The notes below the pieces were generated by a model that had not been told where the DNA came from, made no database searches, and saw only the letters and a list, made by a program, of their open reading frames with translations. Positions 62,762-64,000 of a DNA stretch of 64,000 nucleotides are shown piece after piece. The stretch lies in the IMG/VR virus record IMGVR_UViG_3300035492_000217; one strand, 5' to 3'. Position 1 is the stretch's first letter, and each line of letters begins with the position of its first letter. This DNA is from a virus. Position numbers and translations under genes: made by a program.

Positions 62762-62788
62762 CGTATTTGTGTAAATACAGGAATACGG
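62762..62788. promoter_or_regulatory. Palindromic motif cluster (CGTATTTGTGTAAATACAGGAATACGG)
   Basis: Lies in the gap between 62789-63028 and 62519-62722. Confidence 0.5.
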
Positions 62789-63028
62789 CTAGGCGGACAT
62801 GAGCTCGTTTTCGAGCTTCCAGATGAGCACGTTGCGGTCTCGCCAGCTCCGCAAGTCTTGGATCTCCTCCCCGGATGCGGCGGCTTTTTTCAGCAGTAGC
62901 CTGGATAGGCTGCGGTCGAGGCCTGTCTCAGCTGCCACCTCCCTCCAGGTGATCGGCTGTCCGTCTCGGAAGTAGATGGGCCCTTGTGGTGTGCGTTTGG
63001 CTGTGATTTGCATATTCATTTCCTTCAA
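62789..63028 (-). CDS. hypothetical protein (79 aa)
   Basis: ORF track. AT-rich upstream gap. Confidence 0.5.
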   Translation of the reverse strand: MKEMNMQITAKRTPQGPIYFRDGQPITWREVAAETGLDRSLSRLLLKKAAASGEEIQDLRSWRDRNVLIWKLENELMSA

Positions 63029-63055
63029 TATTCAATTTTTCTTCTACTGTGCGCT

Positions 63056-63277
63056 CTATCGGCGCTTCATGCCTTCGAGCGAGCAGAGGTCCACCGCTCG
63101 CTGATAGCTGTGTAGGTCAGACCCGACGCCGTGGATGACATCTTTGTCTGGGCAGTTGTGCGGAGGGGCTGGCTCGGGAAGCGGCCCAGCTACCACCGGC
63201 GCCATCAGCTGGAGGCAGGTGCCGGTGGTGTAGGCGGCCATTACCCAGCCGGCCAGGAACCTCGCTGGAACGCCCAT
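63056..63277 (-). CDS. hypothetical protein (73 aa), weak
   Basis: The start lies 3 nt after the upstream stop. The composition is not strongly protein-like. Confidence 0.3.
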   Translation of the reverse strand: MGVPARFLAGWVMAAYTTGTCLQLMAPVVAGPLPEPAPPHNCPDKDVIHGVGSDLHSYQRAVDLCSLEGMKRR

Positions 63278-63279
63278 GG

Positions 63280-63999
63280 CTACGCCGGCACGCCTTCGGC
63301 CAGCATGCGGCGAACGTTCTTAGCCAGCTCAACCGGCACCACGGGCTGTGCCTTCTTCGCCTTCTGCGGAAGCATCGCCGCTGCTTCCGGGAACAGGTCT
63401 GCGAGCTTCTTTTCAGTGCGACAGGCGGCGAGCAGGTCGCTGACCTTTTCGTGGTAGTCCATGGCCTGAGTCAGGATCGACATGAACTCGGCGGACAGCT
63501 CGTCGACCTGCTTGACCAGAGGGGCGAGGGCGCGGATTCGGGCCTGCTCGAGCTGGTCGACTTTTTTGATGTTCTCGGGTTCGAGGCCCCGGAGATCGAT
63601 ATGGTGGTCGGTTGCGAACGCTGGTAACACGCGGTCGAACCGTGGGGTGAACTTGCGGATGTAGAGTTGGCTGTTCCAGCTGGCGACTCTGACTTCCAGC
63701 GCTGAGAGCACCGGGTCCCACTTACCGCTCATCGCCCTGAGAAGCTGGTTGAAGACCTTCTCGTCGACTTTGTAGGTACTGCTGTGCTCGCCAAGCTGGG
63801 CCGAGTTGGTGCGGAGGCGGCCTTTGTCGTCTCGTTCGACCGGGTAGACCGTGGTTTCAACGCTCTTCCTTCCAGTCATGATGTGCAGCTGAATCATCCG
63901 GTCCCAGCTGCTCTCGGGCACTTCCGGGATCAGCGACGCCAGGTGGCGGGCATGCACTTCAGTGAACTTCGTGTTCAGGGTTTTGACTTTCTTGGCCAT
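63280..63999 (-). CDS. hypothetical protein (239 aa)
   Basis: Begins MAKKVKTLN at 63999, one base from the window edge. Protein-like composition. Confidence 0.65.
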   Translation of the reverse strand: MAKKVKTLNTKFTEVHARHLASLIPEVPESSWDRMIQLHIMTGRKSVETTVYPVERDDKGRLRTNSAQLGEHSSTYKVDEKVFNQLLRAMSGKWDPVLSALEVRVASWNSQLYIRKFTPRFDRVLPAFATDHHIDLRGLEPENIKKVDQLEQARIRALAPLVKQVDELSAEFMSILTQAMDYHEKVSDLLAACRTEKKLADLFPEAAAMLPQKAKKAQPVVPVELAKNVRRMLAEGVPA

Positions 64000-64000
64000 G

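Overview
GC-rich (about 65% in a few hand-counted 60-nt lines, not computed window-wide) temperate siphovirus-like phage or prophage genome segment. The head and tail modules follow the lambda gene order.

Layout:
- 1-2.3 kb: three minus-strand small genes, then about 1 kb of non-coding, hairpin-rich DNA ending in an AT-rich tract.
- 2.4-32.8 kb (+ strand): HU/IHF-like protein, GpA-type large terminase, portal, S49 protease-scaffold, decoration-like protein and major capsid protein. These are followed by connector and tail genes, a G/GT chaperone pair, a 1757-aa tape measure, the lambda-like M-L-K-I-J tip set, a fibre, overlapping spanins, an M15 endolysin and holin-like proteins.
- 32.9-58.2 kb (- strand): dUTPase, SbcC/SbcD-like nuclease, ATP-dependent ligase, RecU-like nuclease, DEDDh exonuclease and a PolA-type polymerase. 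Then come a class I ribonucleotide reductase, a divergent ThyX, a TerB cassette, an SNF2 helicase, an AEP primase/SF3 helicase and a Dda/RecD-like helicase.
- 58.3-64 kb: small regulators (RHH-like, ArsR-type), a P4-type tyrosine integrase (+ strand), an AlpA-like excisionase and small early genes.

Most notable observations:
1. A palindromic AT-cored motif, CCTGTAAATACAGG, recurs in about 20 intergenic gaps on both arms. It is densest upstream of the ArsR-type regulator gene, which suggests a phage-wide regulon I cannot assign to a known promoter or operator class.
2. The RNR alpha gene carries a 360-aa LAGLIDADG intein directly after the catalytic NLC cysteine.
3. A terminator-bracketed TerB plus membrane-protein cassette.
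4. A low-GC two-gene island after gene J.
5. An antisense lipoprotein gene between terminase and portal.
6. A structured non-coding region next to the HU-like and terminase genes that may be the cos/pac region.

All functional calls rest on motif and synteny recognition by eye. No database search was run.
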